From contig CM059431.1 of assembly GCA_030390025.1 (NCBI GenBank), positions 96,474,001 through 96,538,000 on the forward strand: 64,000 bases of DNA, written 5' to 3'. The notes below the pieces were generated by a model. It had not been told where the DNA came from. It made no database searches and was given only the letters and a program-made list of their open reading frames with translations. The stretch is from Squalus acanthias. Its lineage: Eukaryota. Made by a program: the position numbers and the translations under genes. The stretch's first letter is position 1; every line of letters begins with the position of its first letter. Of this stretch, positions 53,088 to 64,000 are shown piece after piece.

Positions 53088-54278
53088 TCGACAAGAACTG
53101 GCTCATTTCTAAGACAGTCACACTTTTTGATTATTGTTTGTAAAGATGAGTCAAAACCAGACCCCGTTAGTCACTAGCCAAAACATTCCTCACATGTGCT
53201 CAGACGCCATAACTTTCCTGGAAATGCAGCCAATACCCCGATTACAAAGGTAAACCAGATTTCCACTGCAGTTCTGATAAAGTTACGGCAATGGAGCGGG
53301 AGCAGCTCAGATGAAATTCCCAGTCCATGTCACAATCTTCAGAATACACTCGGTCTTGCCTGCTGTTTCTACCAATCTCGCTGGGTCACATCCACTGAAA
53401 AGACCACAACATTAACTGGGGTCTAAAGATCAATAGAGCTGGAGGGGGGGGGCACATCCTGGGATACATGCTGGGTCACACCTGTGGCGCTGACCCTGCC
53501 AATGGTTGTGGGATTAGGAAGAGGTCCCTTCAGTAGCATGGCAATAGTGGCTGCCTGTGCCACTAGGAGCTCGTCTGTAGTACCCACCTGCCCGAGCAGG
53601 CCTGCCATTCCAGCCAATGTTAGCCTGCTGAGCAGGTTCTAAGCCCCCCAAAAAACATAGAATATATTCTCCATCAGCCCCTTTATAAGGAGGCAGAAAC
53701 ACTCAAATGTTGGAGATCCTGGAGTCCGGGCCCTGAGCCTAGATCCTCAGGTAGGGCCCACGTGCATTTTCAGGTGGTCTGGTCCCCACTGATCAGACAC
53801 CGAGTGCTTCAGAGGGCAGTGGACGTAGGAAATGGCTGTCCCTGGGCCATCCCTCCTGCACCAATTGTCTGCTAAGAGGCACGTGCGCACTCTGCTGTTT
53901 ACATGGCCACACAAAAATCCTGATGTCAGGGCGGGGCCTGGCTTGCCGGGGCCTGGCTTACTCAGGGTAGGCGGGGATCAGGTTTATCTGGGTCCAGGCC
54001 TAATTTCTGGCCCTTCTGATGCACTCTTGCCAGAGTTGTGGTGGGAATTTTCCAAAAGGGCTGTGGGTTTTTGACCCATTGGTTTTGCTCAGAATATGGT
54101 TGGGTTACTTGTTACAACAGAGAATAAACAAGAAAATATGCAGAGCAAAGCAGGCAGAGTGGAAAATCATAAATAACTGAAATGTGTGGCTGTTACCTAA
54201 CAGTTTACATTACGCTTCAGCAGTCGATTGCACTCTTCAAAGAAGTGGTTGCACGTTGTTTTCAGAGCCTGTTATTAC

Positions 54279-54305
54279 ATTGCCAGCTTTATCTTTGAGC
54301 ATCTC
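54279..54305 (-). CDS. Candidate 27-nt microexon (EMLKDKAGN)
   Basis: Acceptor TTTCTCCTCATCATTGCAG|, weak donor |GTAATA, phase 0-0. Confidence 0.35.
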
Positions 54306-54889
54306 CTGCAATGATGAGGAGAAACTCCTTTTAAAGCAAGAAGCTGTTTGTATTAAACAGGAGAAAACATTCTCCACAATGGGATCTCTTTATAACTTTA
54401 TGGTTAAATGCTCATTTTTCTTTAACTAACTGTTCACAAAATGAACAAGCATTTGATTTATTAACCCATATTGGAGCACTTGAACTTAGAGGTGGGATCT
54501 GGATTCCAATCTGGTGCAGTTAAATGAGGTAAATAACTCAGCATAGAAATTCCAGGCACTCCAACCCATCGCTGGAAATGTGGTGCGAAGGGACTTTCTT
54601 TCACTGCACTGCCCCAGCGGCGACCCTAAGCCAATCTCAGGACGGTGATTCCTTTGGAGCTTTAATAATGGTGCACAATTTGGCCGATGATTTCACACAA
54701 GCTACATGAATGTTAAATGCAATTACACCGGAGTGATTCTGTCTCTACCCATCTGTACCCCAAACCCATATTATGTACCTTGTGTATGTGCCCATTCTAT
54801 GCCAACCACACATTATGTACACACCTCTCCTTATCCAAGCTCCACATTATATACACGTCCGTCCTTACCCTAGCCATATATAATGTAAA

Positions 54890-55346
54890 AAAGAAACTCT
54901 CTTACATATAGCGCCTTTCACGACCTCAAGACGTCCCAAAATGTTTTACAGCCAATGAAATACTTTTGAAGTGTAATCATTGTTGTATTATAGGGAAACC
55001 CGGCAGTCAATCTGCACGTAGCAAGGTCCCACAAACAGCAATGTGATACTGACCAGATAATCTGTTTTAGTTATGTTGGTTGAGGGAGAAATATTGGCCA
55101 AGACACCAGGGAGAACTCCCCTGCTCTTTTTCGAAATAGTGCCATGGGATCTTTTACGTCCACCTAAGAGAGCAGACGGGGACTCGGTTTAACGTCTCAT
55201 CCGAAAGACGGCACCTCTGACAATGCAGTACTCCCTCAGTACTGCACTGAAGCCTGGATTATGTGCTCAAGTCTCTGGAGTGGGGCTTGAACTCACAACC
55301 TTCTGACTCAGAGTCGAGAGTGTTGCCCACTGAGCCACAGCTGACA
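54890..55346 (-). mobile_element. DeuSINE (SacSINE1-like), near full length
   Basis: tRNA-like head on minus (GTGGCTCAGTGG...GAGTTCAAGCCC), Deu domain (TTTCGGATGAGACGTTAAACCGAG...GTGGACGTAAAAGATCCCATGGCACTATTT) and an L2-type tail. Confidence 0.88.
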
Positions 55347-55599
55347 CTCTTCCTTACCCCAGCCCTAGATTCTGTACACACTTATCCTTACCGCAGTCCC
55401 ACATAATATACATATTCTTCCTTACCCCACGAACATATTATGCACACACCTGTCTTCACTCCAAGACCCAGATTTATAGACCCAGCTCAGTTTTTCAATT
55501 GAGCAAAGTTCCTTTACACAGAATCTTCATGAAGTTTTGCTTGTTGAAAGAGCAATGAAGCTATGCCAGGCTGGTCAGGCAGCCCTGCCCACCAGTGCC

Positions 55600-56264
55600 C
55601 CACACCAGGCAGAAAGACACATTCCTCCAGTAGTCTCAGAAGCAGTGCCTATGGAGGCTTTACCACTGAAGATTCAGAGTTACGCGCATGCTGCAAATGG
55701 ACATAGCCCATTTCCACTCCAGGTACCGCACAGCCTGTAAAGATCATAACTGCTCTTAACTTTTGTTCTAAGATCATTCCAGGCTGTTATTTAGCACGTA
55801 AGTAACTTTTCCAGTCAGCTTTGCATAGATGCAGAAAGCAAATCACAGATGTATTGTTCGCTAGAGCAAGCAATTTCATCTTCTACTCCATGGAAATCCA
55901 ACGGCAGCAAGATAGCACAATAGTCTAAAGAGTCATAGATTGATGACACGCTCCTTGTTCAATTCCACAACCAAAATCATGAGGAATGGATTTCATTCTC
56001 TTAGTCTCCACCTGGTTTGTGACCAGCATCATGCAAGTGAATGCTCACTTCCTTGTCAGTTACCATGGTCCATTGACTTTAAGGTACTGAACCGTGCCGA
56101 ACTGCTTCACCCAGAAAGGTAAGTGGTGGCTCCTCAAAGATTAAGGCTATTCTTTGCAGATATGGTTCATGATACCTGTGTGGTTTCCCAGGATGCCAGC
56201 TGAGCACCAGTATAATGATGTTCATTCATGTATCAAAATAATAATTGAGCACATCATTGGCATT
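55600..56264 (+). pseudogene. Second, more decayed Harbinger transposase fragment
   Basis: RNGFHSLSLHLVCD and WLLKD*GYSLQIWFMIP...AEHQYNDVH...IIEHIIGI. Cut off by the following CR1. Confidence 0.75.
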
Positions 56265-56265
56265 T

Positions 56266-57255
56266 AGGCTTATGGTACAAGAGGAAATGTAGCAGCATGG
56301 ATAGAAAGTTGGTTTATGGACAAGAAACAAAGAGTTAGGGTAAATGGGCGATGCTCGGATTGGAGAAGGATTGGAAGTGGTGCACTGCAGGTGTCAGTGC
56401 TGGGTCCACATGTTCTCTGTATTTAATGATTTGAACTTGGGTTTAGGCGACACAATCTCAAAAGTTGATGACACAAAAATATAATGGCAAAGAAACTGTA
56501 AATAACTTCAAGACACAGACAGGTTAGCGGGGTGGACAGACAGGTTAGCAGGGTGGACAGACAGGTTAGCGGGGTGGACAGACAGGTTAGCAGGGTGGAC
56601 AGACAGGTTAGCGGGGTGGACAGACAGGTGGAAGATGCAATTTGATATGGATAAGTGTGAGGTAATTCAATTTTGGAGGAAAAGCAAAGACGTGCGTTTA
56701 CACTCAATGGAATGATGCTGAACAGAGACTGAGGGGGACCTAGGCCAACAGCATTTTGGGTTTTATAAAGAGTGGTGTGGAATACAAAAGTAAAGAAGTA
56801 ATTATGAATTTATGAAAAACATTGATTAGGTCACTGTGTAATTTTGGGTCCCATTATAGACATTGAAGCCAGAGAATTCAACATAGATTCACCAGGGCAG
56901 AAAACTATAGTCATGAGGGGAGACTTGAGATACTGCGACTATTTCTACTGGAGCAGAGAAGGCAAGGCAAAGGAGATTTAATAGAGTTTTTTTTAAATGT
57001 TGAAGGGTTTTGATAGAGTGACTAGGGAGAGACTATTTCCTCTGGCTAGGGAGTCAGTGATAAGGGGTCATCAATTTAAAATGATCACTAAGAGGGTGAG
57101 GAGAGAAGTTAGGAGAAAGTTCTTTATGTAAAGAATTGTTGGAGCCTGGAGTGCTTTGCCACAGAAAGTGGTTGAGGCAGAGACCATCGCATGTTTTAAG
57201 GGAAAAGTTGATAAACATTTGGAGCAGAGAAAGATACAAGGCTTTCGAGAGAGAG
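56266..57255 (+). mobile_element. Highly degenerate CR1 LINE with an internal 21-bp minisatellite
   Basis: KKQRVRVNG..SDW and 3' KVVEAETIACFKGKVDKHL remnants. (GACAGACAGGTTAGCRGGGTG) repeats about 5.5 times at 56514-56630. Confidence 0.8.
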
Positions 57256-57271
57256 GAGTTAGTTTTGAAAT

Positions 57272-57850
57272 AATAACAGAAAATGCTGGAAACACTCAGC
57301 AGGTCAGGCAGCATCCGTGGAGAGAGAAACAGAGTTAACGTTTCAGGTCTGTGACCCTTTGTCAGAATTGGAAAAAGTTAGGGATGTAACAGGTTTTAAG
57401 CAGGTGCAGAGGCAGGGAAAGGGGTGGGGGGGGGGGGGAGGGGAGGAAGAAACAAAAGGGACGGTCTGTGCTAGGATGGAAGGCAGGAGAGATTAAATGT
57501 TGCAAATGGGGATGGCAGCACCATTAATAGTTGCCGCCTGAAAAAATGGGGGCAGGGGCTATAGTCTGAAATTGTTAAACTTAATGTTGAGTCCAGAAGG
57601 CTCTAAAGTGCCTAATCGAAAGATGAGGTGCTGTTCCTCGAGCTTACGTTGAGCTTCATTGAAACAGTGTAAGGCCGAGGACGGAGAGGTCAGAGTGGGA
57701 ATGGAGCGGAGAATTAAAGTGACAGGTGACCGGAAGCTCGGGGTCACCCTTATGGACTGAACAGAGGCGTTCCGCAAAGCAGTCACCCAATCTGCATTTG
57801 GTCTCCCCAATGTAGAGGAGACCGCATCGTGAGCAGCAAATACAGTATAC
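57272..57850 (-). mobile_element. Penelope-like element fragment (GIY-YIG endonuclease C-terminus plus terminal repeat)
   Basis: VYCICCSRCGLLYIGETKCRLGDCFAE..., HFNS..H and RKLEEQHLIFRLGTLEPSGLN. The terminal region carries a hammerhead-like motif. Confidence 0.88.
57333..57369 (-). ncRNA. Relic minimal type I hammerhead ribozyme, probably inactive
   Basis: Minus strand reads AATT-CTGACAA-AGGGTCACAGACCT-GAAA-CGTT-AACT. The CUGANGA core is altered to CUGACAA. Confidence 0.6.
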
Positions 57851-58490
57851 AGTTAGTTTTGGATTGCTTGAGCAAAGAGCTAGCACAATTGACCAGTTTC
57901 CTGTGCTGTAAACTTCTGCAGTTCTGTTTCCGTGTAAAATGCCCCAAATTTTTGACCCTTCGTAACTATAATCTCTCGTTCTTGCTATTATTCCAGTGAA
58001 TCTTCAATGTATCCTTACCAAGGTTCTAATATCCTTTCTATAATTGGGTATAGGAACTGCACATAATACCCTCGCTGTGTCTTTGCGGAACAGGCTCGAG
58101 GGGCTGAATGGCTTACTCTTGTTCCTATGTTGTACAGTTGCAACATCACGTCCTTGTTTTTACATTCTATGCCCAAGTGTATAGAACTCAGGCCCCACTT
58201 GCCTTTTTAACATTAGAACTGCCTAAGGTAAACATCATTCAGCGATCCACCCTCAACTTGAAGGCAAACGGAGGGGTAAAGGGTCTCCCGGTGAACTGAG
58301 GGGCGGGGGGGAACGGGTAAAGAGTCTCCCGGTGAAACGTGGAATGGGGATTGGCAGGTGAAGAAACAAAAGTCTCTGAATTATGGGGAGGCAGAAAGTT
58401 GCTCTGCGCATGGGGACAGGGAGTGTTTCAGATTTTGGGTCCGCACTGAGTATTCTCCCCGGTTACTGATTACTCTGTAGTGGATCTCAC

Positions 58491-58532
58491 CTCCCCAACA
58501 ATCTGGAGCGCACCTTTACTGCTCAATATTTG
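58491..58532 (-). CDS. Candidate 42-nt microexon (QILSSKGALQIVGE)
   Basis: Acceptor CTCACTCTCATTTTAG|, strong donor GAG|GTGAGA, phase 0-0 and open. Confidence 0.5.
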
Positions 58533-58825
58533 CTAAAATGAGAGTGAGACCTGCGGAGGGCAACAATAAAACCTCTTGTTGTGAGCGAGATACGATAATC
58601 CCACATGTTCCTCCCATTCCACTCTAATATCTGAATCCACTCATGGCACATGATGCCAAATGCAAACAAATAAACTGATTTACTTTACACAAAATATATG
58701 AATGAACAGAACATAGTTTTCTGGTGAGATTCAAACAATTCCCTATTGCGCTTGCATCATAAAACGTAACAAAATATACAACCTGGCCCAGTTATGGTCT
58801 GAACTCACTTAACTAGTCAGCACTT

Positions 58826-60322
58826 CATAGAGTCATAACGGCACAGAAGGAGGCCATTCGGCCCATCGAGTCCGTGCCGGCTCTCTGTAGAGCAATCCAG
58901 TTAGTCCCATTCCCCCGCTCTATCCCTGTTGCCCTGCAAGTTTATTTCTCTCAAGTGCCTATCCAATCTCCCCTTGAAAACATTGAGTTTCTCCGCTTCC
59001 ACCACTTCCGTCGGCAGCGAGTTCCAGGTCCTCACCACTTGCTGCTAAAAAAACTTTTCCGCACATCCCTCCTGTATCTCTTGCCCAAAACCTTAAATCT
59101 GTGTCCCCTAGTCCTTGTACCATCAACTAGTGGGAACAGCCTTACCCCGTCTAGCCTATCCAAACCCGTCATAATCTTGTACATTTCTATCAAATCACCC
59201 CTCAACCTCCTTTGCTCTGATGAAAACAAATCCAGCTTCTCCAACCTGTCCTTGTAGCTAAGATCCCCCATCCCCGGAACCATTCTGGTAAATCTCCTCT
59301 GCACCCTCTCAAGTGCTTTCACATCCTTCCTAAAGTGTGGTGACCAGAACTGGATGCAATACTCCAGTTGCGGCCTAACCAGCGCTTTATAAAGGTTCAG
59401 CATAACTTCTCTACTTTTGTACTCAGTACCTTTATTTATGAAGCCCAAGATCCCATATGCTTTGCTAACCACTCTCTCAATATGTCCCACCACCTTCAGG
59501 GACCTATGCACATTAACTCCCAGGTCCCTCTGTCTCTGCACACTCTTTAAAACTGTGCCATTAAGTGTATATTGCCTCTTCCTGTTCCTTCTGCCAAAAT
59601 GCATCACTTCACAATTCTCTGTATTAAATACCATCTGCCACTTGTCTGCCCATTCTGCTAGCCTTTCTATGTCCTGTTGCAGTTGATTGGTATCATCATC
59701 ACTGTTTGCCACACCCCCAAGTTTGGTGTCGTCGGCAAATTTTGAAATTTTACTCTATATTCCAATATCCAGGTCATTTATATAGATCAAAAAAAGCAGT
59801 GGCCCTAGCACTGACCCTTGGGGAACACCACTGTCTACCATCCTCCAGTCTGAAAAACAGCCATTTACCACAACTCGCTGTTTTCTGTCCTTAAGCCAAT
59901 TCCTTATCCAAGCTGCCACTGACCCACCTATTCCATGAGCCTCAATTTTGTTAACCAGCCTTCTATGTGGTACTTTGTCAAACTCCTTCCGAAAATCCAT
60001 GTAGACAACATCCATTGCATTCCCTTCATCAATCCTCCCTGTTACTTCATCAAAAAATTCAATTAGATTAGTCACACACGATCTGCCTTTTACAAATCCA
60101 TGTTGGCTCTCCTTAATTAGCTTAAACCTCTCCAAGTGTCCGTTAATTTTTTCCTTGATTATTGTTTCTAAAACTTTACCCACCACTGATGTTAAACTGT
60201 CCGGCCTGTAGTTATTAGAATTGTCCTTACACCCTTTCTTGAACAATGATGTCACATTTGCCACTTTCCAATCCTCAGGCACCTCCCCCGCATCTAGGGA
60301 AGATTGGAAAATTATGGCAAGC
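58826..60322 (-). mobile_element. CR1 LINE, 5'-truncated RT region plus 3' end
   Basis: ORFs 59755-60282 ([29 protein letters not shown]) and 59032-59712 (LVRPQLEYC, RLRGDLIE), followed by the CR1 terminal motif. Confidence 0.93.
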
Positions 60323-61030
60323 CTGAATTATGACTTCCTGAACTAATTGCCACTAACTTTACTCTTACAGGGGGCCGCATCCTGGCTGGAGAGTGCAAGA
60401 CTGCTGCCACTCTCACTGTTCCAGATTCAAAATCTACTGGAGACTGGCTTGTACAGATATAAAGACTGACTGCTAACCCTTCCCTCAGCTCACTATGTGG
60501 ATGATTAGCCTGCCAAGCTAAGCTGCCATCTTGAATAAAATACTGCCCCTCCCTTGGTGTGGGAGCTATGAGAACTTAATTTTCTGTTAAGCTAACTCCT
60601 CTGCTGAGCATATTGAATGAAAACCATTCCAACATAAAAGATGAAAACGGTTGGAGGATATGCTGGATGACTCCCCATTGTCTCAAAACTTGTATGATAA
60701 GCAAGAGTTCATATTTTTGCTGGCTGATTCATCTGGCATTTCAACTAATTTGTCTTAAAACAACATCTCAGATAGCTTGTGTGTCTGGGAGTTAACCTTT
60801 TGGGAACTGAATCTAACTTCATAGCAACAGCATAATGCAAATTAAACCAAAATTCCTTCTAGGCCAAACAGGTAAAACTGTAAAAATATAAGAGAGATAG
60901 AAAGTGGTAACTAGGGGTAGGCTGGATGTAGCCGAGGTTATAAGCACGCATGCAGTGTGTGCCCATGCTAAAGTCTGGAGGCAAACTTGTGCTTCCTTTC
61001 TGATTGCAGTGAATACCTTCAGACACTTAC

Positions 61031-61057
61031 TTCAATCACTGACACAGGATCCTTCCC
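61031..61057 (-). CDS. Candidate 27-nt microexon (GKDPVSVIE)
   Basis: Pyrimidine tract then CAGTAG| acceptor, consensus donor |GTAAGT, phase 0-0. Confidence 0.5.
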
Positions 61058-61149
61058 CTACTGCAGATGCAGCAGGAACAAGAGTGACAGTCGGAGAACC
61101 TGCAGCTATGGTGTAGACAGCGGCAGGAGAGGTAAAGGTCAAAAGCAGG

Positions 61150-62210
61150 AGGTGTGAGGATCAGAGTGGGAGAGGTGCGAGGGTCAGAGTGGGAGAGCTG
61201 CGAGGGTCAGAGTGGGAGAGCTGCGAGGGTCAGAGTGGGAGAGCTGCGAGGGTCAGAGTGGGAGAGCTGCGAGGGTCAGAGTGGGAGAGCTGCGAGGGTC
61301 AAAGTGTGAGAGGTGCGAGGGTCAGAGTGGGAGAGCTGCGCGGGTCAGAGTGGGAGAGCTGCGAGGGTCAGAGTGGGAGAGGTGCGAGGGTCAGAGTGGG
61401 AGAGCTGCGAGGGTCAGAGTGGGAGAGGTGCGAGGGTCAGAGTGGGAGAGCTACGAGGGTCAGAGTGGGAGAGCTGCGAGGGTCAGAGTGGGAGAGGTGC
61501 GAGGGTCAGAGTGGGAGAGGTGCGAGGGTCAGAGTGGGAGAGGTGCGAGGGTCAGAGTGGGAGAGCTGCGAGGGTCAGAGTGGGAGAGCTGCGAGGGTCA
61601 GAGTGGGAGAGCTGCGAGGGTCAGAGTGGGAGAGCTGCGAGGGTCAGAGTGGGAGAGCTGCGAGGGTCAGAGTGGGAGAGCTGCGAGGGTCAGAGTGGGA
61701 GAGCTGCGAGGGTCAGAGTGGGAGAGCTGCGAGGGTCAGAGTGGGAGAGCTGCGAGGGTCAGAGTGGGAGAGCTGCGAGGGTCAGAGTGGGAGAGCTGCG
61801 AGGGTCAGAGTGGGAGAGGTGCGAGGGTCAGAGTGGGAGAGGTGCGAGGGTCAGAGTGGGAGAGCTGCGAGGGTCAGAGTGGGAGAGCTGCGAGGGTCAG
61901 AGTGGGAGAGCTGCGAGGGTCAGAGTGGGAGAGCTGCGAGGGTCAGAGTGGGAGAGGTGCGAGGGTCAGAGTGGGAGAGCTGCGAGGGTCAGAGTGGGAG
62001 AGCTGCGAGGGTCAGAGTGGGAGAGCTGCGAGGGTCAGAGTGGGAGAGCTGCGAGGGTCAGAGTGGGAGAGCTGCGAGGGTCAGAGTGGGAGAGCTGCGA
62101 GGGTCAGAGTGGGAGAGCTGCGAGGGTCAGAGTGGGAGAGCTGCGAGGGTCAGAGTGGGAGAGGTGCGAGGGTCAGAGTGGGAGAGGTGCGAGGGTCAGA
62201 GTGGGAGAGA
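61150..62210. repeat. 23-bp minisatellite (GGGTCAGAGTGGGAGAGSTGCGA)n
   Basis: About 45 near-identical units, differing mainly at one C/G position. Confidence 0.97.
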
Positions 62211-62689
62211 TTTAAAAACTAAGGAGATGTGTGAAAATCTGGAGTGGAAGTGGTGCAAAAATGGAGAGAGGGAGAGAATCAGAAGTATGAAAATCAGAAG
62301 CAGAATAGGTATGAAAATTCCATGAGTTGGGAAATCAGAATTGGTAGGGTATGAAAATCTGGGACCGGAAAGGCAGGAGCCTACAAGTATTAACAACCCC
62401 GCCCTCCCAATTGTGCCCAAATTCTCTGGGAAAAGCAAAAGTTTAGGAAAAAACTCTGGGAAGTGATGAAGCTCCAGAAACCTGCAATAACTATAAGACC
62501 AGTCACTGCTGATCTACAAACTCACGCTCAGAAACCTCTTCAGCTCCCTTTTGTGGGACTGATTTATGTACAATCTACAGGATGGACCAAGCTTACTTCA
62601 ACAGCATTTCCTTTATCTTCATCCTCTACCACTGAGAAAGATGAGCAACAAAGTCATTACCTCCAAGTCACAGAACATCCTGACTTCAA

Positions 62690-62842
62690 TATATAGCACT
62701 GTTCCATCACTAGTTCAGTCAATATCCTGGAATGCTCCACCTAATTCCATTGTGGGAGCACCATCACCACAAAGGTTCAAGGAGAAGGCCTGCCATCACC
62801 TTAGGGCACGAGGAATGAGCAACATGTCGCCAACATCCCACA
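62690..62842 (+). mobile_element. Degenerate LINE 3'-end fragment
   Basis: TCCTGGAATGCTCCACCTAA...GGTTCAAGGAGAAGGCC..CCATCACCTT..GGGCA resembles a shark CR1/L2 terminus, recognised from memory only. Confidence 0.5.
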
Positions 62843-63418
62843 AACAAATCGTTTCAGATATTAGTCAACCATCAAGGATTCCAGGGGAAGTACATTAGTC
62901 ACTGACCCCACCACTGAATTCACGTTGTTTTCATGAGTGTACAACTATTTTCGAAATGCTTTCTCTAACTGGGAATCCGAGCTTACGCCCGACTCCCAGT
63001 GCACCATTTATTGTCATAGAATCATAGAAATTTACAGCACAGAAGGAGGCCCTTCGGCCCATCTTGTCCGCACCGGCCGACAAAGATCAGCACCACGATT
63101 CACTTCCCAGAAACTTTCCTTCCCTCGGATGAGAATTTCTCACATTGCAAAGGCTCAGTGGCTTCTGCCACTATTCTAGAAACGCCCAAACTCCACATCA
63201 CACAAAAATCCCAAAATAATCACTTCCCATTCACACAGCTCAAAAGGTCAAAGATTACTAATTTGGTTTCACTGTGGACATCAGTACACAGTTTAAAGCC
63301 TTGGTTCTACCTGATTTATTTTAAGGAGAGTCTCCTTTGAAGAGATAGTTTGTTATTCTTTTAAATATGAACTGACAGTAGTTACCATGGTTACACTGAA
63401 AAGCCGTCTCTCACGCAC

Positions 63419-63527
63419 CTTGAAGATAAAAAGAGTCACCTTTTTTCCTTTAGAAACTGAGACTACTGGAAGTCTGGGAAAGCATAAAGATGGTAGACTG
63501 TTCAGCAGAAAGGTACTTTCGCTTTGC
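63419..63527 (-). CDS. Candidate coding exon (QSESTFLLNSLPSLCFPRLPVVSVSKGKKVTLFIFK), boundaries uncertain
   Basis: Lies within open frame 63353-63709. Two phase-0 donors are possible, AAG|GTGCGT (63419) or AAG|GTGACT (after GKK). Several acceptors are possible, including CTTTATGCTTTCCCAG|. Confidence 0.4.
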
Positions 63528-63696
63528 CTGTGATTTTCCAGGTGAAAGTAGGACATGGAAGCCCAATATTCATTTACAAACAACGGAGGATGAGTAGCCA
63601 GGAGCAGAGGAAAGAAGGGCAGAAGGAGAGAGAAACACAAGGGATAAATCTGGTTAAAGGCAACATATAAAGAAAGCTGTGTACAACATATACAGA

Positions 63697-64000
63697 CACT
63701 TGTGCACATCTACAGAAACTTGTGCACATCTACAGAAACTTGTGCACAACACGTGCAGAAACTTGTTCACATCTACAGAAACTTGTGCACAACACATGCA
63801 GAAACTTGTGCACATCTACAGAAACTTGTGCACAACACGTGCAGAAACTTGTTCACATCTACAGAAACTTGTTCACATCTACAGAAACTTGTGCACAACA
63901 CGTGCAGAAACTTGTGCACAACACATGCAGAAACTTGTGCACAACACATGCAGAAACTTGTGCACAACACATGCAGAAACTTGTGCACAACACATGCAGA
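63697..64000. repeat. Minisatellite of mixed 20-bp and 23-bp units
   Basis: ACTTGTGCACATCTACAGAA and ACTTGTGCACAACACATGCAGAA units run to the window end. Confidence 0.93.

Noticed and set aside
60358..60465. Plus-strand acceptor-like site (TTTACTCTTACAG|GGG)
   Set aside because: It has no convincing donor or partner exons and only short open frames.
61189..62325. ORFs of 300-378 aa (GELRGSEWESCEGQ)
   Set aside because: They come from a 23-bp minisatellite read through all three frames.

Overview
Repeat-dominated vertebrate DNA, most likely from a shark or other elasmobranch. That assignment is inferred from the V-SINE/HE1-like, DeuSINE, CR1, RTE, Penelope and Harbinger repeats present. The window looks like a chromosome end or telomere-like region. 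From left to right: a 39-bp CATTC-type satellite (1-8.8 kb); a V-SINE; a 61-bp satellite containing a near-intact, 5'-truncated CR1 LINE; a GA-rich minisatellite; and a 200-N scaffold gap. Then come about 19 kb of variant telomeric repeats (CCCTAA/CCCTAG, with kb-scale higher-order repeats), a CT-rich minisatellite, and an orphan APEX2-like first exon with a splice donor facing the telomeric array. Next are a CpG-rich 37-bp repeat with an RTE insertion and a second short telomeric tract abutting a truncated CR1. The rest is TE-rich DNA that appears to hold the 3' end of an unidentified minus-strand gene, with several in-frame microexons and a last exon ending in -ETAV. Nearly all long ORFs in the track are repeat artefacts. 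The best candidate for something new is a subtelomeric cassette (CpG/CTCF-like repeat, captured APEX2 exon 1, then telomeric repeats) oriented like a TERRA transcription unit. All family assignments come from motif recognition, not database searches.
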